A DNA stretch of 64,000 bases, taken from an uncultured Eubacteriales bacterium (GTDB lineage Bacteria; Bacillota_I; Bacilli_A; RF39; UBA660). This document shows positions 48,482-56,694 of the stretch, one piece after another. The notes below the pieces were generated by a model. That model was given only the letters and a program-made list of their open reading frames with translations. It searched no databases and had not been told where the DNA came from. The stretch spans positions 2,412 through 66,411 of the forward strand of contig CAJMAC010000001.1 of NCBI GenBank assembly GCA_905211265.1, given 5' to 3'. A program made the position numbers and the translations under genes. Positions within the stretch are counted from its first letter, which is position 1; every line of letters starts with the position of its first letter.

Positions 48482-49702
48482 ATGAAAAAAATATTTAAAA
48501 ATTACAAACAAACAATTATACTATTAACATCTATTATTATCGGAGGAATACTAGGATTAATATTTAAAGAAGACATAAAAATATTAAGTCCATTCGGAGA
48601 CTTATTCTTAAATCTTTTACTAATAAGTGTTGTACCATTAATTTTCTTAACAATAACTACTTCAATATATAAAATGAATAGTCCAAAAAGATTAACTAAA
48701 ATATTACTTAGTACAATACTAGTATTTATATTCACTTCATTAGTCGCAGTCTTATTAGCATTCGTTACTACTAAAAATATTAGATTAGTAGAAACAAATA
48801 ATACTAATATAATGGAAACATTAGATAAAGAAAATGCAAATGAAGAAGAAATAAATACCAACATATTAGAAAAAACAGTAAATGCCATAAGTGTAAATGA
48901 TTTTAACAAACTATTATCTAAAGATAATATGCTTGCTTTAATAATAGCTTCTATCTTAGTTGGACTTGCAATGAATAAAAGCAAAGAAAAAGCAAAGCCA
49001 CTATATAATGTACTAGAGTCTGCGACTGAAGTAATAATAAGTTTCATTAATATTATTATGTATTATGCTCCAATTGGATTAGGATGTTACTTTGCAGTTT
49101 TAATTGGAACACTAGGTAGTACAATTGCCTTAGGATACTTAAAAACATTTATTATTTATTTAGTTTTATCTTTATTTACTTATTTTATAATTTATTCATT
49201 ATATGCATATATTGCCAAAGGTAAAAAAGGAATAAAACTATTTTGGAAAAATATCTTACCTGCTTCCCTTACTGCAATATCTACTTGTTCTTCTGCAGCA
49301 TCAATGCCAGTAAATATAGAATATACTAAAAAAATGGAAGTAAGCGAAGATGTTGCAGAAACAGCAATATCACTTGGTACAACATTCCATAAAGATGGTT
49401 CCGTTATAGGAAGTGTATTTAAAATAATGTTTTTAGTATATTTATTTCAAACAGATATAAGTAGCATAAAAATATTATCAGTAGCACTTATAGCAACATT
49501 ATTAGTAACTGCAGTACCAATTGGCGGAGGAACAATTTCAGAAATGTTAATAATAACAAGTTTAGGTTTTCCAATATATGCTCTACCTATACTTACAATA
49601 ATTGCTACAATAATTGATGCACCTGCAACATTATTAAATGTAGTCGGAGATGCACCATCAGCAATGTTAATAGATAAAATAGTAAAGAAAAAAAGTAACT
49701 AA
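48482..49702 (+). CDS. Dicarboxylate/amino acid:cation symporter (DAACS family)
   Basis: 406 aa, polytopic. CSSAASMPV and GDAPSAM motifs. AGGAGG SD. Confidence 0.9.
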   Translation: MKKIFKNYKQTIILLTSIIIGGILGLIFKEDIKILSPFGDLFLNLLLISVVPLIFLTITTSIYKMNSPKRLTKILLSTILVFIFTSLVAVLLAFVTTKNIRLVETNNTNIMETLDKENANEEEINTNILEKTVNAISVNDFNKLLSKDNMLALIIASILVGLAMNKSKEKAKPLYNVLESATEVIISFINIIMYYAPIGLGCYFAVLIGTLGSTIALGYLKTFIIYLVLSLFTYFIIYSLYAYIAKGKKGIKLFWKNILPASLTAISTCSSAASMPVNIEYTKKMEVSEDVAETAISLGTTFHKDGSVIGSVFKIMFLVYLFQTDISSIKILSVALIATLLVTAVPIGGGTISEMLIITSLGFPIYALPILTIIATIIDAPATLLNVVGDAPSAMLIDKIVKKKSN

Positions 49703-50613
49703 CCATTACTTTTTCTTATTTCTTCAATCATATTTTTATCAAAAACTTTGTTCTTAATCATATCTATTTCATACTTATATGGAGGATATAATCTTTCCTT
49801 TGATGTATCATCCTTACTAACATAAGGAGTTTCTAATATCTTAGGAATATCTTTAATTCTAGGATTATATATAATATTAATTAATTTATCAAAACCGATA
49901 TATCCAAAACCAATATTTTCATGTCTATCCTTATGACTACCTATTTCATTCTTACTATCATTTACGTGAATGCATTTTAAATATTTTAATCCAATAACCT
50001 TATCAAATAAATCAAGTATCTTATCAAAATCACTTACGTCATACCCTGCATCATTTATATGACAAGTATCTAGACAAACTCCTATCTTATCTTTATTATC
50101 AATATTATCAATAATTTCCTTTAACTCTTCAAACCTTTTACCAAGTTCACTACCCTTACCAGCCATAGTTTCAAGTAATATCATAACATTATTATCATTA
50201 TCCAATACATAATTTAATCCCTTATATATATTATAAATAGATTCTTCATAACTTTGACCTACACTTGCCCCTGGATGAAGTACCATGTACTTAACTCCAA
50301 GTAAATTACATCTTTCTACTTCCTCACGTAAAAAAGATACCGAAAAATCAAAATTTTTGCTATTAGCTAAGTTAACAATATATGGAGCATGAACAATAAC
50401 ATTCTCTAACATAATATCATTTTCCTTCATTAATTTATATGCTTCCATAGTTAAACTATCATTTATTTCACTTCTTCTAGTATTTTGTGGTGCACCAGTA
50501 TAAAACATAAATGCATTCTCTCCATAACTAATTGCTTCTTTTACACTTCCTAATAATTGACTAGCATTATTAAAAGAAACATGACTACCTATTATTAAAT
50601 CCATACTTATCAC
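49699..50613 (-). CDS. nfo: Deoxyribonuclease IV (endonuclease IV)
   Basis: IGSHVS, HAPYIVNLA, VLHPG, ETMAGKG, CLDTCH, HVNDS motifs. Confidence 0.93.
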   Translation of the reverse strand: MISMDLIIGSHVSFNNASQLLGSVKEAISYGENAFMFYTGAPQNTRRSEINDSLTMEAYKLMKENDIMLENVIVHAPYIVNLANSKNFDFSVSFLREEVERCNLLGVKYMVLHPGASVGQSYEESIYNIYKGLNYVLDNDNNVMILLETMAGKGSELGKRFEELKEIIDNIDNKDKIGVCLDTCHINDAGYDVSDFDKILDLFDKVIGLKYLKCIHVNDSKNEIGSHKDRHENIGFGYIGFDKLINIIYNPRIKDIPKILETPYVSKDDTSKERLYPPYKYEIDMIKNKVFDKNMIEEIRKSNG

Positions 50614-50683
50614 TTCCTAATAATATTGTATCATAATAACAAGTATTTTTGTACAAAAAGATAACTAATATATTCTTTATGTC

Positions 50684-50716
50684 AATAAAAAACAAGTTAT
50701 ATAACCATAACTTGTT
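50684..50716 (-). terminator. Rho-independent terminator after the pilin gene
   Basis: Minus strand AACAAGTTAT-ggttat-ATAACTTGTT followed by TTTTATT. Confidence 0.7.
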
Positions 50717-50736
50717 TTATTTTTATTTTATAATTA

Positions 50737-51228
50737 CTAGCAAGCAGTACTTGATTTAGTATATTTACTAGCATCTTTTGCTAATGAATCAAAATCTCCA
50801 CCAGTAGCAGCATTTAATACTATACATGCTCTACCATTAGTAATTAAAATACTAACATAACTATAATTTTTTTCACTAACACCTGCTGCTTTTAACATTG
50901 CTTTAGCATTTGTATCAGTTATCACTGCTCTAGTTGTTTGAGCACCAGGCTCGTTAGTACCAACTGTTTTTGCAGTACCAACACATCCTGAACCAGTAAC
51001 ACCACAAACATCAGTAAATGCCGCATCAGCATTTCCAATTTGAGCCATAGTATATTCTTTCTCAATCCAATCAGCAATTGTATTAGCACTATTTTGGAAT
51101 GTTGTTTCTCTAGCATTCCCCATTGAACTTAATACTGTTGGTATTGTAACTACCATTATAATTGCAAGTATAACGATAATTGCTAATAATTCTATTAATG
51201 TAAATCCTTTCCTATTTAATTTTTTCAT
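50737..51228 (-). CDS. Type IV pilin-like protein (prepilin N-terminal cleavage/methylation domain)
   Basis: MKKLNRKGFTLIELLAIIVILAIIMVV class III signal. Ala/Gly/Thr-rich globular part with Cys residues near the C-terminus. GGAGG SD. Confidence 0.85.
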   Translation of the reverse strand: MKKLNRKGFTLIELLAIIVILAIIMVVTIPTVLSSMGNARETTFQNSANTIADWIEKEYTMAQIGNADAAFTDVCGVTGSGCVGTAKTVGTNEPGAQTTRAVITDTNAKAMLKAAGVSEKNYSYVSILITNGRACIVLNAATGGDFDSLAKDASKYTKSSTAC

Positions 51229-51262
51229 TTAATTTCCTCCTCTATCTTTAACTTATACTTAA

Positions 51263-51291
51263 ATTATACATAAAAAAAAATACAAAGTCAA
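51263..51291 (-). promoter_or_regulatory. SigmaA-type promoter of the pilin gene
   Basis: Minus strand TTGACT (plus 51286-51291), 17-nt spacer, TATAAT (plus 51263-51268). The -35 lies inside the palindrome GTCAActtaTTGAC. Confidence 0.6.
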
Positions 51292-51317
51292 TAAGTTGAC
51301 AAAATATTTTTTAGTAG

Positions 51318-51866
51318 TTAACACTTTTTATAAATATATACATATCTCCATCCATACTTTTTATCTTTAATTAAGTTTAATTTTCCATAACTATTATCTA
51401 ATTTTTCTTTTTCGAATTCTACTACTACAATACCATTATCATTTAATATATCATATTTATCTATTAAAGCAAGAATCTTTTCTATAATATGATAATCATA
51501 CGGAGGATCTGCCAAAATAACATCAAACTTAATATTTCTTTCACTAAAATATTTAATACTCTTTTTATAATCAAAATTAAGCACTTTACTTTTATCTTTA
51601 ATATTGAAATTATTTATATTTTCATTAACAATATTTATTGCTTTGGGATTATTATCAATAAAATAACATAACTTACAACCATTACTAATTGCTTCAATAC
51701 CTAAGTTACCACTTCCACAAAATAAATCTAAAACTATACTATCTTTTATTTCATTTTGAATCGTAGAAAATATACTTTCTTTAACTCTATCCATCGTAGG
51801 TCTAGTACCTTCAATATCATAACCTTTAATATTTCTTCCTTTAAGTATACCACTTATAACTTTCAT
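51318..51866 (-). CDS. rsmD: 16S rRNA (guanine966-N2)-methyltransferase RsmD
   Basis: RPTMDRVKESIF, DLFCGSGNLGIEA, ADPPY. Confidence 0.9.
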   Translation of the reverse strand: MKVISGILKGRNIKGYDIEGTRPTMDRVKESIFSTIQNEIKDSIVLDLFCGSGNLGIEAISNGCKLCYFIDNNPKAINIVNENINNFNIKDKSKVLNFDYKKSIKYFSERNIKFDVILADPPYDYHIIEKILALIDKYDILNDNGIVVVEFEKEKLDNSYGKLNLIKDKKYGWRYVYIYKKC

Positions 51867-51914
51867 AACATCACCAACAATGTTATTTTATCACATTACA
51901 AAATAATTAACAAG

Positions 51915-52136
51915 TTATTTTAATACCTCAATAAATTTTTGTAACATATTAATATCATCGATCATCTTATTAATTCTATCACTTGGTTTTAATTTATATT
52001 TATCTTTTGCAGCATCTTCAAAATTTTTAAATTCCATTGGATCTCTATTTAATATTTTATACCATATAGAGTTTTCTCTAATAAATCTAATATAATTAGG
52101 ATTACTATTTATTTTAAACTGTGTTTCTAATGTCAT
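51915..52136 (-). CDS. YlbE-like small protein
   Basis: 73 aa. ..NYIRFIRENSIWYKILNRDP..FKNFE.. resembles the YlbE family. Conserved ylbD-ylbE-rsmD neighbourhood. Confidence 0.5.
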   Translation of the reverse strand: MTLETQFKINSNPNYIRFIRENSIWYKILNRDPMEFKNFEDAAKDKYKLKPSDRINKMIDDINMLQKFIEVLK

Positions 52137-52507
52137 TAATCTTCAAAACTCCTATAAATTGGTCTTGGAGTATATGCAGTAGTTTTTGTTTTAGCACCAT
52201 CTTTTATAAATAATCCTGAGAATAAATCAACTGCTTTTTGTAATGAAGTAATACCTTCTTGTACTTTATCTACATCCATATTTTTAACCATTTTAACAAT
52301 ATCTCTCACTGAACTTATTGAACTTTTTTTAGTTTCTGTTACTTCTTCATCTGTATTAGATAAATATTTACTCCAAGCATTATTATCTTCACCATATAAA
52401 TCATATATTTCATAAAATCCTTGCCATGTCATACTACCATCTTTTACATAATTAATTAATTTAGGATTCTTTTTTACATACATTTTAAATTCATCAATCT
52501 TAGCCAT
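52136..52507 (-). CDS. YlbD-like putative spore coat protein
   Basis: ..IDEFKMYVKKNPKLINYVKDGSMTWQGFYEIYDLYGEDNNAW.. resembles the YlbD family. Stop and start abut the ylbE-like gene. Confidence 0.5.
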   Translation of the reverse strand: MAKIDEFKMYVKKNPKLINYVKDGSMTWQGFYEIYDLYGEDNNAWSKYLSNTDEEVTETKKSSISSVRDIVKMVKNMDVDKVQEGITSLQKAVDLFSGLFIKDGAKTKTTAYTPRPIYRSFED

Positions 52508-52547
52508 ATAACCACCTATTAAATTATATGCAAAAGAAAAAAGAAAA

Positions 52548-53102
52548 CTACCTATAAGTTCTTAATAATAGTTTCCTTTTTAAATTTATTTTAGCATTTA
52601 ATATTTCATGTAATTCTAATAACTTCTTTAAATTATTTATAGTAATAAACCTACCATCTATTTCATTAGAAAATTTTATTGGTATTCCATCTTCATATTT
52701 CCATAGTATTAAATTCTTTGAATAATCATCTACTAAAACAGAATTAAGTGGATTAACTATATTACATTTAGCTATTTCTATTGGCGTAGGCATTACATTA
52801 ACACTAGGTAAAATGTTAGATAAATAATTTATTTTTTCTATTCCCTCTTCTTTTGAATTAACATGAGTTAATATTTCTATATCATATAATCCACTATTTA
52901 ATAATAAATTAATATTATTAAAACTATCATTTATTTCAGGAGTACTCCTTAATAATTTATACCAATCAATATTTTTATAAAATTCTCTTATTATTTCTTG
53001 ATCATCAGGTATATTTAAATCTTCCATCATTTTCTTAGTAACATTCATAGTATCTAATATTACACCATCAAAATCTAAATATAATTTAATTTTATTTGTC
53101 AT
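52548..53102 (-). CDS. HAD-superfamily hydrolase, 5'(3')-deoxyribonucleotidase (NT5C)-like
   Basis: Motif I LYLDFDGVILDT and late VLVDDYSKNL. Confidence 0.55.
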   Translation of the reverse strand: MTNKIKLYLDFDGVILDTMNVTKKMMEDLNIPDDQEIIREFYKNIDWYKLLRSTPEINDSFNNINLLLNSGLYDIEILTHVNSKEEGIEKINYLSNILPSVNVMPTPIEIAKCNIVNPLNSVLVDDYSKNLILWKYEDGIPIKFSNEIDGRFITINNLKKLLELHEILNAKINLKRKLLLRTYR

Positions 53103-53119
53103 AATACCCCCTTAATATT

Positions 53120-53665
53120 TTATTGTTCTAAATAACTAACTATACTACCTTTTGTTTCATAATAAGAAACTATTTCATCATTAGTAATCTTAATTAACGT
53201 AGGATTAATAACTTTTAATTCTTCCAAAGATGTAGCATTACTATTTCCATTTTCAGTAGATACATAATTTGAATTAAAGGCATCTGAAGTATCAACTTTA
53301 TATACTTTATCAGTAATCTTTGAACTAATTAAATTAGTAATAGTACTATCCTCTTTATTAAAATCATAATAATATACATAATATGTTTCATCTTTTTGTT
53401 TAAATGTTTCACTTGCTAATATAGCATTTTTAACAGTATTTTCTGTTGTATTAGTATTATTTTTACTACCAAACCAATCTATTTCTTTAGTAATTAATAC
53501 TGCGATTAAAAAATATATTACAAGTATTACTCCAAGTATTATACCAAAAGTCTTTAACATCTTATATACATCATTATATGAATCTTCTTTTACTTTATTA
53601 ACACTCTTTTCTTTTAATGACTTTCCTTGTCTTTTAGCTTCTTTTCTTCTTAATTCTCTTCCCAT
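53120..53665 (-). CDS. Hypothetical membrane-anchored protein
   Basis: ATG 53665 lies 9 nt after GAAAGG. Basic N-terminus, one TM, about 110 aa outside. No family recognised. Confidence 0.55.
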   Translation of the reverse strand: MGRELRRKEAKRQGKSLKEKSVNKVKEDSYNDVYKMLKTFGIILGVILVIYFLIAVLITKEIDWFGSKNNTNTTENTVKNAILASETFKQKDETYYVYYYDFNKEDSTITNLISSKITDKVYKVDTSDAFNSNYVSTENGNSNATSLEELKVINPTLIKITNDEIVSYYETKGSIVSYLEQ

Positions 53666-53693
53666 AAATAACATCCTTTCAACATATAAATTA

Positions 53694-53735
53694 TATCAAA
53701 AAAACAAATACTAGTAAAGTACTTGTTTAATTTTT
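53694..53735. repeat. 42-bp exact direct repeat, copy A (contains a minus-strand terminator hairpin)
   Basis: TATCAAAAAAACAAATACTAGTAAAGTACTTGTTTAATTTTT, identical to 55869-55910. On the minus strand this is AAACAAGTACT-ttact-AGTATTTGTTT followed by TTTT. Confidence 0.9.
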
Positions 53736-54890
53736 AAGTAATATTCTTTTATTATTAATAATATCATAAAATATTTTAATAATAACAAATAAATAAAGTA
53801 ATGATAATATTCTAAAATCAATAATAGTAATATCAAATAAATATTTAATATATGTACTAAAAGATACTAAACAAATACTAATAGGTACATATAAATACTT
53901 TTTATTCTTATTAGATATATACCATATAACACTAAGAATATCTCCCATAAATAAATATCTATCATGCATATATGGTAAGAAATATGTAGCAATAACTACT
54001 GATATCATTGATAAGAATAATATACTATTACTGTTCAAAGTAATTTTCTTTTTTAATATATAGTATAGAATTAAACCAAATATTAAGATAGTAATTAATA
54101 TACCTAATTTATCTAAATTATCATATTGTCCAATGAATTGATACATATTAGGAAAATTTAAAACATAATTACTATATGAAGTTGTTTGATTAAAATATAT
54201 CATAATTATTTCTTTAAAACTACGACCCATAACTAACGAAGGTACTGAACATATAATATTAACCAAAGGAATAATTAAAAAATATAATATAGAATATCTT
54301 TTCTTTACAATATAATAAATTATATATACCGGTAATATAAATACAACTTGTAATTTAAAAGCAAAAGAAATACCTACAAAAACAAATGATAATAAATATT
54401 TTTCTTTTATTAAAAAATATATTCCAAATAATGCAAAAAATGTATATATTGCATCACATTGTCCCCATAAACTAGAATTAAATAATACTGTTGGAATAAA
54501 TAATATAATACTATAAGTTATATAAGATAAAGTTTTATTATTAGTAATTTCTTTAACTATTTTGTATCCTAATATTCCACATCCAAAATCAAATATAAGA
54601 GAAAACATTTTTATTATATATAATGATTTTATAGGTATATAAGAAAATAATGCTAAAAAAGTATTATAAATACAATTATAGTCTCCAATTGCATATTTTA
54701 ATCCTGATATACCATAACTTTTATAAATATCACTCCAAGGTTCTAAAAAATATACATAGTCCCCAGATATAAAATCCAAAAAAGATATTCTTATTTGTAA
54801 AGCAATAAAAGTTAATATTAATATAAATAAATAATCTTTATATTTAATACAAAAATCAATTATACTTTTTTCTATTTTTGACATTTTCAT
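53727..54890 (-). CDS. Polytopic membrane glycosyltransferase (GT-C-like)
   Basis: 387 aa, about 11 TM segments, no soluble domain. Paired with a GtrB-like GT2. Confidence 0.55.
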   Translation of the reverse strand: MKMSKIEKSIIDFCIKYKDYLFILILTFIALQIRISFLDFISGDYVYFLEPWSDIYKSYGISGLKYAIGDYNCIYNTFLALFSYIPIKSLYIIKMFSLIFDFGCGILGYKIVKEITNNKTLSYITYSIILFIPTVLFNSSLWGQCDAIYTFFALFGIYFLIKEKYLLSFVFVGISFAFKLQVVFILPVYIIYYIVKKRYSILYFLIIPLVNIICSVPSLVMGRSFKEIIMIYFNQTTSYSNYVLNFPNMYQFIGQYDNLDKLGILITILIFGLILYYILKKKITLNSNSILFLSMISVVIATYFLPYMHDRYLFMGDILSVIWYISNKNKKYLYVPISICLVSFSTYIKYLFDITIIDFRILSLLYLFVIIKIFYDIINNKRILLKN

Positions 54891-54897
54891 AATATCA

Positions 54898-55827
54898 CTA
54901 CTTTCTATACTCTTTAATATTATATCTTGGTCGATTCTTTACTTCAATGTAAGTTTTACCAATGTAAATACCAATTATACCAATAAATAATACTTGTAAT
55001 CCACTAAATAATCCAATAACACAAAGTATAATTATAAGATTACTAATAAAATTAAATATTAAAGAACATAGTATAGTTATAATACTAAGTAACATTATAA
55101 TAATACCAGTATTAAATATCATCATCATAGGTTTAATACTAAATGAAGTAATACCATCAATTGCTAAATTAAGCATTTTTTTAAGGGGATATTTACTAAC
55201 TCCCATTAATCTTTTATTTCTAGCATAATAAACAGTATCAGTATTATATCCAATCAAAGGAATAATACCTCTTAGAAACAAATTCTTTTCTTTATATTTA
55301 CTAAGTTCTTCCATTGCTCTTTTACTTAATAATCTATAATCAGCATGGTTATAAATAGTTTTAACACCCATATGATTCATAAATTTATAAAAAGTTTGGG
55401 CAGTAAATCTTTTAAAGAAACTGTCACTAGTTCTATCATTTCTAACCCCATATACTATATCTATACCATTATTATATTTATCTATCATTTCTTCCATAAC
55501 AAAAATATCATCTTGTAAATCAGCATCAATTGATATAGAAATATCTACAATATCTTTAAGTGTGTTTAATCCTGATAATAAAGCATTTTGATGACCAACA
55601 TTCTTAGCTAAACATAATCCCTGTACATATTTATTTTTATCTACTTCATTACTTATTTTATCCCAAGTACTATCTTTACTTCCATCATTAACATATAAAA
55701 TAAAACTATTACTAGCAATTTTTTTCTTTTTAATTAAAGATTTAATTAATTTAGTTAATTTTAAATTAGTATCATCAAATACTTCTTCCTCGTTATAACA
55801 AGGTACAATAATTCCTAATCTATTCAT
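54898..55827 (-). CDS. GT2 polyprenyl-phosphate glycosyltransferase (GtrB/CsbB-like)
   Basis: IIVPCYNEEEV, VNDGSKDST, DADLQD, and two C-terminal TM segments. Confidence 0.88.
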   Translation of the reverse strand: MNRLGIIVPCYNEEEVFDDTNLKLTKLIKSLIKKKKIASNSFILYVNDGSKDSTWDKISNEVDKNKYVQGLCLAKNVGHQNALLSGLNTLKDIVDISISIDADLQDDIFVMEEMIDKYNNGIDIVYGVRNDRTSDSFFKRFTAQTFYKFMNHMGVKTIYNHADYRLLSKRAMEELSKYKEKNLFLRGIIPLIGYNTDTVYYARNKRLMGVSKYPLKKMLNLAIDGITSFSIKPMMMIFNTGIIIMLLSIITILCSLIFNFISNLIIILCVIGLFSGLQVLFIGIIGIYIGKTYIEVKNRPRYNIKEYRK

Positions 55828-55868
55828 AAAAACTCCTTATATCCCTAAGTATTCTTATAAATTTATTT

Positions 55869-55910
55869 TATCAAAAAAACAAATACTAGTAAAGTACTTG
55901 TTTAATTTTT
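55869..55910. repeat. 42-bp exact direct repeat, copy B
   Basis: Identical to 53694-53735. Lies 8 nt past the stop of the ydcC-like fragment. Confidence 0.9.
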
Positions 55911-55917
55911 TATAGTT

Positions 55918-56673
55918 TTATTTACTAACTGGAAGAACATTTATACTTCTTGCTACATCAAGTAATTCATTTTTACTAATTACATCACTTATTACATAAT
56001 ATTCTACACCATTACTTATCCAATTAACAGAGTTATCATTAACTACTGCGATTGAATCAGACATTAATTCAAGTTCACCATAAGTAGGAATAATTTCATG
56101 TTCGCTTGGCATACTAACAGTTTCTTCGATTAACATAAATGATGAATCTCCATCAAAAGTAAGTATCATTCTTTCTCCATCATTTTTATCTACTTTTTCT
56201 TTATTAGTAAGATATGTATTACTAGGTAAATACATTGGATATATTATATCTTCTAATTTAGCAGTCTCCTTTGTTTTTTCTTCATTTATTTCATTATTCT
56301 TAACTTCTTCTTTAGTTTCAGTAATTAAAGTATTTAATTTAAAATAATCATCTTTAAATTCACTATTTAAGTCAATCTTATTAAATTCCATTTTTATTTG
56401 TACATTATTATTAGTATCTAATACTTCAACTTTCTTAATATCAATATTCTTATCAATATATATTTTTTGATTAACTAATTTTTGATTGTTTGGATAATTA
56501 ACTTTGGTAGTTATAACATATCCATCATTAACTTCTTCATAAATCTTATTAGTATCTTCCTTAATATCTTCGAGCAATGAACTAACTAAATAACTTTGAG
56601 AATTATTATATGGCCAATCACTTTGAAATTTAAAACTTTTATTTAAACTTGGAGTAACAACATAAACTATCAA
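55918..56673 (-). pseudogene. ydcC: 3' fragment of a LolA-like sporulation lipoprotein gene (YdcC family), 5'-truncated at the mobile-element junction
   Basis: The frame opens only 5 codons before a TTG. There is no SD, no ATG and no signal or lipobox. The sequence starts mid-domain (..IVYVVTPSLNKSFKFQSDWPYNNSQSYLVSSLLEDI..), which I recognise as the YdcC/LolA-like core. The recombinase stop is 21 nt away. Confidence 0.6.
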
Positions 56674-56694
56674 AGGTTTAATTTTTTTCTATTT

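Noticed and set aside
48502-49047. 181-aa minus-strand ORF overlapping the 5' half of the DAACS symporter gene.
   Set aside because: It is antisense to a gene with clear family motifs and a strong SD. The product is low-complexity with no start signals.
50737-51228. The locally higher G+C of the pilin gene as evidence of recent horizontal transfer; also the shadow ORF at 50922-51116.
   Set aside because: The composition shift is explained by the Ala/Gly/Thr-rich protein. No flanking repeats or mobility genes are present. The shadow ORF is an out-of-frame ORF nested on the coding strand and has no start signals.
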